64,000 nucleotides of DNA from Emiliania huxleyi CCMP1516 (Eukaryota): contig NW_005201327.1 in assembly GCF_000372725.1 (NCBI RefSeq), positions 302,745 to 366,744 on the forward strand, read 5' to 3'. The translations under genes were made by a program, and so were the position numbers. The notes beneath the pieces were generated by a model. That model made no database searches. It saw only the letters and a list, made by a program, of their open reading frames with translations, and had not been told where the DNA came from. Shown in pieces: positions 11,872-21,582 of this stretch; positions within the stretch are counted from its first letter, which is position 1; every line of letters begins with the position of its first letter.

Positions 11872-11931
11872 AATCTCTCGAACCCAGTGAGCGCGGCAGT
11901 GATGACTGCCCCATCCTCTCCGAGGATTCGT

Positions 11932-13632
11932 TCACCGGCTTCTCCGACTGCGCTGAGTGGTACCGTAGGGCCCCCAAGGGCCTAGAAATCGCGCCTCCCT
12001 CTCCCTTTTCACCCTACCTAAGTCAGTATCTTGTTGGCAAATCAGGACACAGAGCTCACACACCCAGAGGAGCCCGTACCCGTCGCTGGAGCTAGTGTCG
12101 GTCGGAGCTCGACAGCAGCTCAGCAGAAAGGCGAGCTTGCGGCAGGACACGGTGGCATCTCCCAGCGGCAGGAAGGCAAGGACGGAAACGATGAGCAAGA
12201 GACTAGCGAGGGGTAGCAGGAGCAGATCGCCAACCGCTTGCTGAGCAAAGACGAGCAGCGTTACAAGGAGGGGGAGGCTGAAGACGGTGGCTGTCCACAG
12301 CAGGTAGCCTGGAAAGCGAGACTCCGAGATCATGAGCTTGAGCACCCGCGCCGACTTGATGGAGGACCACAGCAAGGAGAGGCTGGCGGGAAGGCAATAC
12401 GCCATGGAAGTCACGCCGGTAGACGCGCCGATGGAGCTGCGCAACACATCTTTCGAACCGACCAAGGCGGCCAGCGCAGCCTTGATCTCTCCAATTGCGG
12501 AGCGCGAAAAGCACGCGCTCGAGATGACCGGGTCAAGAGTGAGAAAGTACTCTGCGCACAGCTCCAGGCACGTGACGGCGGCGTCTGCGCCCGCGGCTTG
12601 AAACCGGAGCGTCGCGCAGACCACACAGTGGTCCGGCACGGCGACTCCACCCCTCTCCCGGAGGCGGTCGGCCCGCGCTGCGGCGTCCGCGTCGTTCTCG
12701 CTCGCAGTGAAGGCAGCGGCAAAGGACATGCAGTCCCCACACGGGCCGCAGGAGTCCTCGGCTTGACCTTGGCACACGGCGGCGAGCTCGGGATCGAGTG
12801 CGCCGGCGTTCCGCTGCGCGAGCGGGCATGTCGTCAGCGGCCAATCGTACAAGACGCCATTCTCCTCCAAGGCGCTTTCCAGGCGGGACCCGATGAGGTT
12901 TGGGTCTGCGCACAGCTCCGTGGCAGGCAAGCGTGAGGCTCGCAGCAGCTCCGCCACGTCTTCCCCGCCCACGAGCAGCCCTTCCAGTTCCGTGCCATTG
13001 TTTTGCAGCGCCTCCTCACACAGGGCGGTCTGCAGCAGGTCAAAGTCCACGAGATGACGATACGGCACGAGAAAACAGAGGTAGGGAAACGCGAGGAGCA
13101 GCAGCACGGCGGAGACGGCGCGGCTGCTCCTCTTTAGCTCCATCCACCGCCACAAGGCGAGCGAGGCAAAGAAGATGACGAGGAGCAGGCACACGTCCTC
13201 CATCAGGTCGACGAAGACGCTCGCAGTCTCCATGGGCGCAAACGCGTCGATGTACCTCCGATCCGAGAGGGAGATGTTGAGCAGATCAGCCTTCGATGCA
13301 AACGCCTCTGACGCCGAATCCGCAGTTTCCGAGAGGGAAAACATCACCGAAAGCGTCAAGAATGGGAGGGCGCCGAGCAGTTGGGCCCTCCGCCACACAA
13401 GATACTTTGTCAGCAGCGTCTCTGCGCCGAGCTTCTTCAGCTCTGCTCTCGTGAGCCTGACCGTGGGGACGTCCAAGATGAAGAAGCGCATGAGGTGCTC
13501 GAAGCATCCGACCTCACTGGCACTGGTGCTGGTGACTGAGGCCGCCACCGCCGTGTCCGACCCCGGCCCTCCCGCGGGTTCAGAGGGCCCTCCAGCCGTC
13601 TTCGCGTTGGGAGTCGGACCGGTCGACTGCAT
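11932..13632 (-). CDS. Multi-pass membrane protein with Cys-rich loop; 3' end probably replaced by repeat sequence
   Basis: Long intronless ORF with several hydrophobic helices. Likely start MQSTG (13632). The tail at 12030-12070 resembles non-coding 5800-5840. Confidence 0.7.
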   Translation of the reverse strand: MQSTGPTPNAKTAGGPSEPAGGPGSDTAVAASVTSTSASEVGCFEHLMRFFILDVPTVRLTRAELKKLGAETLLTKYLVWRRAQLLGALPFLTLSVMFSLSETADSASEAFASKADLLNISLSDRRYIDAFAPMETASVFVDLMEDVCLLLVIFFASLALWRWMELKRSSRAVSAVLLLLAFPYLCFLVPYRHLVDFDLLQTALCEEALQNNGTELEGLLVGGEDVAELLRASRLPATELCADPNLIGSRLESALEENGVLYDWPLTTCPLAQRNAGALDPELAAVCQGQAEDSCGPCGDCMSFAAAFTASENDADAAARADRLRERGGVAVPDHCVVCATLRFQAAGADAAVTCLELCAEYFLTLDPVISSACFSRSAIGEIKAALAALVGSKDVLRSSIGASTGVTSMAYCLPASLSLLWSSIKSARVLKLMISESRFPGYLLWTATVFSLPLLVTLLVFAQQAVGDLLLLPLASLLLIVSVLAFLPLGDATVSCRKLAFLLSCCRAPTDTSSSDGYGLLWVCELCVLICQQDTDLGRVKREREARFLGPWGPYGTTQRSRRSR

Positions 13633-13881
13633 CTCATCGGCAGCTCCGAGAAGAACAGCCTGGCTCGGACTACGGAACTCTGTGTCTGAGTGCGTCGCCC
13701 GTGCGTGCGTCCCCGGGGATGCTTGACGTTGGCCGCCGGACTTATGCCGATCTTTCTCTCCTAGCACGCGCCAGTTCGCACCTGTGTCGAGCCTGTCTGC
13801 TGTGAGAGAGAGTTGTTTTGTTTAAATTCTTTTGAGAGAGAGTTCTTTTGTTTATATTCTTTTGAGCTTAGCCTTCGATGT

Positions 13882-13970
13882 TATGAAACAACGCAAGGCG
13901 GACATGGCATATCGCTCTCGGGCCCACAGACATCCCGCACACTCGCCGCACACCCGCCGCCCCCGCGCGC
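13882..13970 (+). repeat. Dispersed ~88-bp repeat (family D)
   Basis: Near-identical to 55895-55980. Confidence 0.85.
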
Positions 13971-14905
13971 GCCCCGCCCCGGCCGGGAGAAAGGGGAGTG
14001 ACAGTTTGGGACGGCAACAGAACGAGTATGTTGAGTCCTGGCTCAACAACGCAGAGAGAAATGAAAGCCGTCCGGCTCACAAGCTCACATCTTTCTTTTT
14101 CAGTGTATGTGGTTTTGAGGGTGGTTTTCAGTGTATGATACCTGTATGTGGCTCTCGTGTCGGGCCAAAAGAAAGACAAAAACGAGGGATGGGATAGGAC
14201 AGATACGTGGCCTTCTTTTCTGGTGTGGCTTGATCTCCGATCTCAGCGACGTCGAGTCGCCTTCGGTGGCGACAGCTAGGATGCATCTCCTCCGTCGTTT
14301 TTCGCGCGATGGCCTTGAGAAGCTGCCGGCGCACGCAGGCGGACCTTGTGTGTGCGCGGAACGCTTAAAAAGTGGGTGCTCTACGTCTAAAAGTGAGTAG
14401 ATAGTGCCGAGCTGGCCGTGACAGCATTTTCGCAGTTTTAGGCGGCAGACTTTTTGCAACTAGTCTAGAGCTGCGCCGGTCGCAGGTTTAGAGAACTATT
14501 GCAAATTTGTAGTAGTTAGTAGAGCTAGGGTATCGGGAGACAGCCTTTTCCGGAAGACGACTTTTACCGAACAAAAAGCGTGAACACTGCAAAGTTGTAG
14601 AGCGCGCGGCCGCACAATCTCAATCATCAGAGACACCTCCGACGCGTTCACGCGCTCTCCGCTGGCGCCGGGGCGGCTGCTCTTCGGAGCTGCGCCTCAG
14701 GCTTGGGAGGCGGCAGCTCAGTAGCTCAGAATTTCACAACAAAGCTCCCTCGCACAACACTGGGCACGGCGAGTGCGAGAACATCCCGGAGCGCGTCAGC
14801 GCGTTGGGCGGGATCAGGGGCGAGGCCGTCAGCATTCTGGAGAATGTTGGCAGGGGCGGGCAGGCGCGCTAGCTATGCACTGCACGGCGGCGGTGGCAGC
14901 GGCGG

Positions 14906-16029
14906 CTAGGGATAGCCATATCTGGTGAGAGTCTCCGGGAAGAGGCTCCCAACGCACAGCTCGACGATGCTCGCGATGCCGCAGACGAAGAAGGCCGTGC
15001 GGAGAAAGTCCTCGTTGACCACGTACGCCTGCCGGGGCGACGGAAAAACGACGACGAGAAGGAGGACGGGTCATGTTGTACGTGTGGTGGAGGCGGTGGG
15101 GGGCTCGAGCAGGCATCACGCAGCAGGACTGCGGGCGCGTCTGGCTCTCCTGCCTGCCTCTTTACGCACTCTTCACACAGGGGCTCTCACAGTCTGTGAG
15201 AGAGTCCCGTGAAGGTTCCCGGAAGGTTCCCGGGGCCGACTGCAGTAGGCACAGCGGGCGCGTCTGGCTGTCTTGCGGGAGGCGCGTCGTTGGTGTCGCT
15301 GGGAGGCGGCGCGTGTCGCACAGGAGGGGAGGCGGGCGCCGCGGGGCACGCGCCCTCGTTCAGGGTGGCGGCGTGCGGCCCGTATCTCGGCTGTATCTCG
15401 GTTGTCGGTTGTATCTCGGCTGTATCTCGCGCCGCAATGTAGGCGACTCGCGCAGCGAGGAGGAAGAGGGAGAGCTTCGCGCAGAGGGGCGGCGGTAGCT
15501 CGTGCGCCGACGCCATCCAAAAGGCGGGCGTCACGTACGCGAGGCACTCGATGCTGTTGTTGTGCGCGCACTGGAGCCGGTAGACGGCGGGAAGCTCCTC
15601 GGACAGCGCCGGCCCCTTGAGCATGCGCGGCGTGTGGTTGTCGTAGTGGCCGCCTGCCAGGCAGTGGTGGCTAACGGCTGGGCGCCAGCGGCACGAACGC
15701 TCTGGGCGCAAACGGCAGGGACGCTAAGCTGTGGGCGCAACGGCAGCCGGTTCGGGTGATGCACGCGTACCGAGGAGGTTGATTGCGACGATGGCGACGA
15801 GGCCGGAGCCGGCGGCCAGCGCAACGAGGAGAAACGCGACCAGCGCAGGCACCTTGGCTACCGGCACCGGCAAGGCATCGAGCACAGAGTCAGAGACCGG
15901 ACTTGTGACGAATGTGTAAGCCGCAAAGTGCGCCGCGGGTAGCAGTAGTGGGAACAAGGCCAGCCCCTTGATCACGCCAGCATATCCGGTGGCCGAAAAC
16001 GTGAGACCAAAGGTGGAGAAAAGTCCCAT
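14906..16029 (-). CDS. MAPEG family membrane protein; 3 exons
   Basis: Hydrophobic exon 1. Exon 2 YDNHTPR...RLQCAHNNSIECL...ARVAYI. Exon 3 YVVNEDFLRTAFFVCG...YGYP-TAG. Confidence 0.8.
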
Positions 16030-16153
16030 CGGGCTGTGAGTAGCGAGCTTTGTGTGAGTAGCGAGCTGTCTCTCCCGGCGCGCCGCTCCGTCGACTGGGT
16101 TCCAACTTTTTCCGGTATGGTATGGTTAGCCCCAAAGAAAAAAACGTAACACA

Positions 16154-17590
16154 CTACAACAACTGCGCCCACGCCTCGATCTTCTTGGGCCGCAGCTGGT
16201 TCGACAGGTCCTCCCCGTGGCCTAGGCAGCCATCGCCGCCCTGGCCCCAGGCAAAGACAGCGCCGTCGGCGGTGAGGGCGAGGCTGTGGCGGGTTCCAGC
16301 CGACGCAGCGACGACGCGCCGCCCAGCAAAGGCCTCGATCTTCTTTGGCAGCAGCTGGTGCTGCTGGTTGCCGTGGCCCAACCTGCCTTGGTCTCCGTAG
16401 CCCCAGCTCCAGGCGTCGCCGTCGGCGGTGAGGGCGAGGCTGTGGTCGCCTCCCGCCGACATAGCCACGACGCGCTGGCCAGTGAAGGCCTCGACCTTCT
16501 TGGGCAGCAGCTGGCGCTGGTGGTCGCCGTGGCCTAGCTGGCCTCGCCCTCCATGGCCCCAGCTCCAGACGGCTCCGCCGGCGGTGAGGGCGAGGCTGTG
16601 GTACCATCCAGCCGAAACCGCGACGACATGCTGGCCAGCAAAGGCATCGACCTTCTTCGGCAGCAGCTGGTCCTGCGCGCCGCCGTGGCCCAGCCGGCCA
16701 TAGGCTCCATGGCCCCAGCTCCAAACGGCTCCGTCGGTGGTGAGGGCGAGGCTGTGGTACAGCCCAGCCGACACAGCGACGACGCGCTGGCCAGCCAACG
16801 CCTCGATCTTCTTTGGCTGCCACTCGGTTTGCGCGTCGCCGTGGCCCAACCGGCCGTCGTCTCCAGAGCCCCAGCTCCAGACAGTGCCGCTGCCGGTGAG
16901 GGCGAGGTTGTGCCATGTTCCAGCCGACACGCTCACAGCGCGCTCGCCGCCCAGCGTCGACGGAAGGCGGGTCGGCGTGTTGAGCCGCGTCACTCCCTCG
17001 CCGTGGCCTAATCGGCCGTCGTCTCCAGAGCCCCAGCTCCAGATAGCGCCGTCGGCGGTGAGGACGAGGCTGTGCCCGGCGCCAGCTGCCACGCTCACAG
17101 CGCGCTCGCCACCCAGCGAAGTAGAAGAGAGTCGGGTCGGCGTGTTGAGCTGCGTCACGCCCTCGCCGTGGCCGAGGATGCCTGGGACGTGAACCGGCGC
17201 AGAGCCGCACGACGAGAGCCGCCCCTCGCCGTCAATGAAGAGGCTGTGGAAGTTGCCTGCTGCACGCCTCGCCGGCGGGTTGGACTTGCGCAGCAGCGCC
17301 GCAAAGCACAGCCACCGCACGGCGCAGCCCTCGCCCTCTGGCAGCGCCGGCAGCTCGAAGCCGCGCTCTTGCGCCCACAAGCGGATGGCCTCCACCGCAA
17401 GCGAGCCGTGGAAAAGGAGCGAGACGGCCGCGACGCGAGAGATGTCGGCGGGGTCGCAGCGAGAGAGGGCGCGCACGAGGAGCTCCGTGGGGAGGTCGAG
17501 GAGGCGGGTCGGCGGCGGCGTGTCTGGAGAGGGCGCAGCGGTGGAGGCGGGGGCGAGGCGGCGCGAGCGGCGGCGCGGTGGGGTGGACAT
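16154..17590 (-). CDS. F-box-like + RCC1 repeat protein, paralogue 2
   Basis: Start MSTPPRRRSRR at 17590 by alignment with the paralogues; same architecture. Confidence 0.92.
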   Translation of the reverse strand: MSTPPRRRSRRLAPASTAAPSPDTPPPTRLLDLPTELLVRALSRCDPADISRVAAVSLLFHGSLAVEAIRLWAQERGFELPALPEGEGCAVRWLCFAALLRKSNPPARRAAGNFHSLFIDGEGRLSSCGSAPVHVPGILGHGEGVTQLNTPTRLSSTSLGGERAVSVAAGAGHSLVLTADGAIWSWGSGDDGRLGHGEGVTRLNTPTRLPSTLGGERAVSVSAGTWHNLALTGSGTVWSWGSGDDGRLGHGDAQTEWQPKKIEALAGQRVVAVSAGLYHSLALTTDGAVWSWGHGAYGRLGHGGAQDQLLPKKVDAFAGQHVVAVSAGWYHSLALTAGGAVWSWGHGGRGQLGHGDHQRQLLPKKVEAFTGQRVVAMSAGGDHSLALTADGDAWSWGYGDQGRLGHGNQQHQLLPKKIEAFAGRRVVAASAGTRHSLALTADGAVFAWGQGGDGCLGHGEDLSNQLRPKKIEAWAQLL

Positions 17591-18044
17591 ATACACAAGC
17601 CAGCCGCTTAGAAAAAAAGCACGCAAACGATCTCCGCCCGTCGCCTTCAAACCCCGGCGGAGGCGTTGGCCCCCTGCGCTGTGCGTCCCGTAATTCAGAG
17701 CCGCACCGCGTCGGCTGCGTATGCACCACCCGCGCAACCAGGAGCGGCTCGCCCTCAAGCCGTCGCGCGTCAGCATCGACCAGGACAAGCGCCCCCCATC
17801 CCCTGGCAGGATCACCGCAAAAGCCAGCTCGTGGGCTCCCCGTCGGAAGCCCTCGTCCGCCACGCCGCAGCAGGCGTCGACGTCCACGCTTTCCGCCTGG
17901 TTGTCGCCCGCCAGCGCTGTGACGCGCTCAGCCAGCGCCTCGCCGATCTCCTGCGACACGGCTGCCGCAGCTTGAGAGGTCGAGGCCATATAACCAACGT
18001 TATCGGCGGTTACCTCGGGTCGTAAAATAAAGAAAAAAGAAACC

Positions 18045-18077
18045 CAGGTGACCGACCGCACTCCAAGTGCTCCAAGT
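18045..18077 (+). mobile_element. Family A tail remnant
   Basis: ACCGACCGCACTCCAAGTGCTCCAAGT. Confidence 0.6.
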
Positions 18078-18084
18078 CGCATCT

Positions 18085-18223
18085 ACTGTGAGATGGGTAA
18101 AAGCAACAGGTCCCCGCCCGCGCGATGTTTGTGCAGGGTTCTTTGTGGGTGTGATCGGCGACTAGCCGGGGTCGTCCTCCCGATGGGGGACTAGCACTAG
18201 CCGTCTTCCACATGGTCCCTCGG
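18085..18223 (-). mobile_element. Family B fragment abutting the chromatin gene
   Basis: Reverse-complement match to 11485-11625; tail missing. Confidence 0.85.
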
Positions 18224-20301
18224 TCGTAGTGGGGTGCTCCAGCCCGCCGACCACAAAGTGCGCACCGACGTAGTCGCCCGCCGCGACGCCGCCCTCCGCC
18301 ACCGCCGCGTGCGTCGCACCTAACGCCGACGCCGCCAGGCTGAGCGGCGGCGGCGCACTCGCGCTCACCGCCTCGCTGTGGTGCGCCGCGCCGCCGCGGG
18401 CGGGCGGCGCCGCCTTGCCCACCGGCTTGCCGTCAGCGGCTGCACTCGCGCGGCGCGTGGTGCCCGTGCTGCCGTCAGCGGCGGCGGCGGCGGAGCGCGC
18501 GAGGCACGCCTTGCGCTTGACGCCCGGCCCGCCGAAGCGCGGCTTGTCGACGCAGTGCGCGCACACGCCGCAGTCGTCGACGGCGGCGGGCGCTGGCCGC
18601 CTGGTGGCCGTGCTGCCGTCAGCGGCGGCGGGCGCTGGCCGCCTGGCGGCCGTGCTGCCGTCAGCGGCGGCGGGCGCTGGCCGCCTGGCGGCCGTGCTGC
18701 CGTCAGCGGCGGCGGCGGCGGAGCGCGCGAGGCACGCCTTGCGCTTGACGCCCGGCCCGCCGAAGCGCGGCTTGTCGACGCAGTGCGCGCACACGCCGCA
18801 GTCGTCGACGGCGGCGGGCGCTGGCCGCCTGGCGCCCGCCGGCGCCGCTGCCGCGGCGAAGAGGCCCTTCACCGGCGTGGGCCCGCGCTCCACCTCCGCG
18901 CCGCGTGCCGACGTCGGCTCGAGCGACGGTGGCGGCGGAGCGGCGGCGGCGGCAGCGGCCAGAGGGCTCGCGGCCCGCTGTCGCTTGGCAGCTGCCGCCG
19001 CCTCCTTGGGCGCGGGCGAGGCCGCCCTCTTCGCCGCCGGTGCGGGCTCGCACGCGGCGCAGTACCACTCGCCGTCGGGCACGCGTGCGAGCGGCGCGGC
19101 GAGGCAGTACGTGTGGTACGCGCCGTCGCAGCCGTCGCCGTCGCAGAGCAGCATCAGCTCATCGTCCTCGCCAGAGCCGCACGCGAGACAGACGATCGAG
19201 TCGGCGCCCTCGTAATGGTCAACGCCCTCGGCGGCGTCAGCGATCGCCTCGGCCGTCGCGCGGGTGGGCCACACTTCGGCGTGCGCGGCGGCGGTGAGGT
19301 CGACGCACACCTTCGGCCGCGCACCGACGAGGAGGGTGGTGGTGGTGGTGGCGGGGTGGTGGTGGCGGTGACGAGCATGGTGGTAGTGGTGAAGAGAGGG
19401 TAGTGGTGAAGAGAGGGTGGTGGTGAAGACAGGGTTCTTTTTTTTTCGCTTGCCTGCGCGGCGAGGTAGGCCTGCACCTCCGACCGGCTCACGCGCTCCG
19501 GCTCCGCCGCCTGCTCCGCCGCCGCCTGCTCCGCCGCCGCCGCCGCCACCGCCGCGCGGTCGGGCACCCACTGCGCGTCACACCCTCCAGCCGCGCGCGG
19601 CTTTGCACAACGCCACCAGCCGCCGGCAGCGAGCGCGTCGCGGCGCACCCACGTGCACGCCCTCCCGCACTCGCACAGCGGCGTGCGCGGCAGCGGCGGC
19701 GGCCGCTCCTCGAAATCGCAGCCGCCGCCGCCGAAGCCGCTGCCGTTGCCGCTGCGCGCGCCGCCGACGTCGTCGTCGTCGTCGCTCGCGGCGGCGGCGC
19801 ACCACCAGCGGCCGCGCAGCCACGTCGCCGGCAGGCGGCACAAGCACAGTGGTGGCGGCGCGGGCGGCGCGCGCACCGACGGCACCGAGAGCGGCGGCAG
19901 CTCCGCCTGGTACGCCTCGCCGAGCCTTGGCTTGGCGGCTGCGCCGCCGCTCGGCGACGCGGCGCTCTCCGTGGGCACCACGAGCCACGCCGAGCCGCCG
20001 CCGCCCACCACCAAGCCGGCCGCGGCGCGCGCCGCCGCGCGGCTGCCGAAGACGGCGCCGCTCGGCGAAAGGTAGCGGTAGTGCGCGCCGCCGCGCTCGG
20101 CCACGCGCCAGCCGAGCGCCGCCGCGCCGCGGAAGAGCGCTCCGTCGACGCGCGCCTCCGGCCACATCGCCGCACCACCACCACCACCCTCCGGCCGCCC
20201 GCCGCGCGGCCTGGTGGACGCGGACGCGGAGGACGCGGAGGCCGCGGAGGCCGCGGAGGCCGCCTCCGCCGCCGCCGCCGTTGCTGTCGTCGCTGGCGGC
20301 C

Positions 20302-20333
<32 letters not shown>

Positions 20334-21181
20334 TCGAGGCTGATTGCGTGCGCGTGCAGGTGCTGCCGGCGGTCGGGCGGTAGCGCGGCGGAGTGCGCCT
20401 TGCCGCCGAGCGTGGCGACGAGCTCGACGAGGAAGCGCGGCGAGCGCGCGCGCACGCCGAGCAGCCGCGCGCGGTAGCACGCGCCGTCGCCCGCGAACGC
20501 GAAGCACTCGCTGCGCCCCTCCTCCACGCGGCGCAGCAGCGCGGCCTCGTGCGCCGCGTCGTCCACACCGCCGCCGCCACCCGCGCGTCCGCCGCCACCA
20601 CGCGCGGAGGCGTCGGCGAAGCGCGGCTGCTCCACCGCGACGAGCCCGAGCTTGCGCTTTACGGCCGGCAGCGAGAAGAGCTTCTCGCCGTCCCGCGGGT
20701 CGATCATCACCAGGTCTCCCCGAATTGAGTGGCCCCTCTTCTTGTTCGCCTTGCTGCCCTCCCCAGTGGACGGCTTGCGCAGCACGTACGAGATCGTCCA
20801 GCCGTGACACGAGATCGTCCGAGTCTCCAGTGCGCTCCTCAGCTGCTCGATGGCCACGATGAGCGTCTCCGCCTCCTCGGCGGTGAGAGGCGGGACACGG
20901 TCGTCGGCGCTCGCGGAGCTGGTGCTGCGAGGACTGAGAGGAGTGGGCACGACAGCAGCGCTCAGGGTCGGTGCTGGTTCGTCCAGGGAAGCAGCTCCTT
21001 CTCTCCCGAGGCAGCCCTCTGGCAGCGACTCGGCAACAGCAAGCTTGACGCCCACCGGCTGCTCCCCAGCAAGGCCGTCTGGCACACCGTCTCCGGTCAG
21101 CAGCTCAGGGCATTCGCGAACGAGATTGAGCTCGTCGGTGCCACTGCTGGCTGCCTCCTGCAGCCTATTGCCATCGTCCAT
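18223..21181 (-). CDS. Chromatin protein with MBD-like, ELM2-like, 2x GRF-type Zn finger, PHD and 2x CXXC motifs; 3'-truncated
   Basis: GWTISYVLRK..IDPRDGEKLFSLPAV; PRLGEAYQAELP; PLCxC..WW.C..GCDF; CLACGSGEDDELMLLCDGDGCDGAYHTYCL..WYCAAC; CGVCAHCVDKPRFGGPGVKRKAC twice. One intron ~19450-19312. Start inferred. Confidence 0.8.
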
Positions 21182-21582
21182 GCCGTAAGCCTGCCAGAAC
21201 ACAAGCCAGAGGAGAGCGAGAGTATCTAAACAAAAGAACTCGAATCCAACAAGTTGAGGGCGGGCCACTACTCCCATAATGTGGGTAAACCATAGTAGCG
21301 TGCACGCTTCTATGAACAGAGAAGCCCATAAAAAGTCGCCGGCAGTCGCCACGCCGAGCCGGCCTGCTGCCGGCTCGCACGGCAGCCTCTTCCTCTCGAC
21401 CAGCGTAGAGGGCCTCGTGTAGCCCTCCTTTTGGTATATTATAAACTTAGAAGGAACTTAGCGCGTGTCAAGCGTCTCACCTTATCGGCTGCTCGCCTTG
21501 CTGTCGGCAGTGGATCGCGAGAGCGAGAGATTGACACCGTTCCCTAGCTCAGACATTAGCTCGCCCGACTTACGATGCGCTC

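Noticed and set aside
17591..18082. N-terminal extension of the 642-aa ORF
   Set aside because: The paralogues all start at M(S/A)xPPRRR, and the extension begins inside a repeat remnant.
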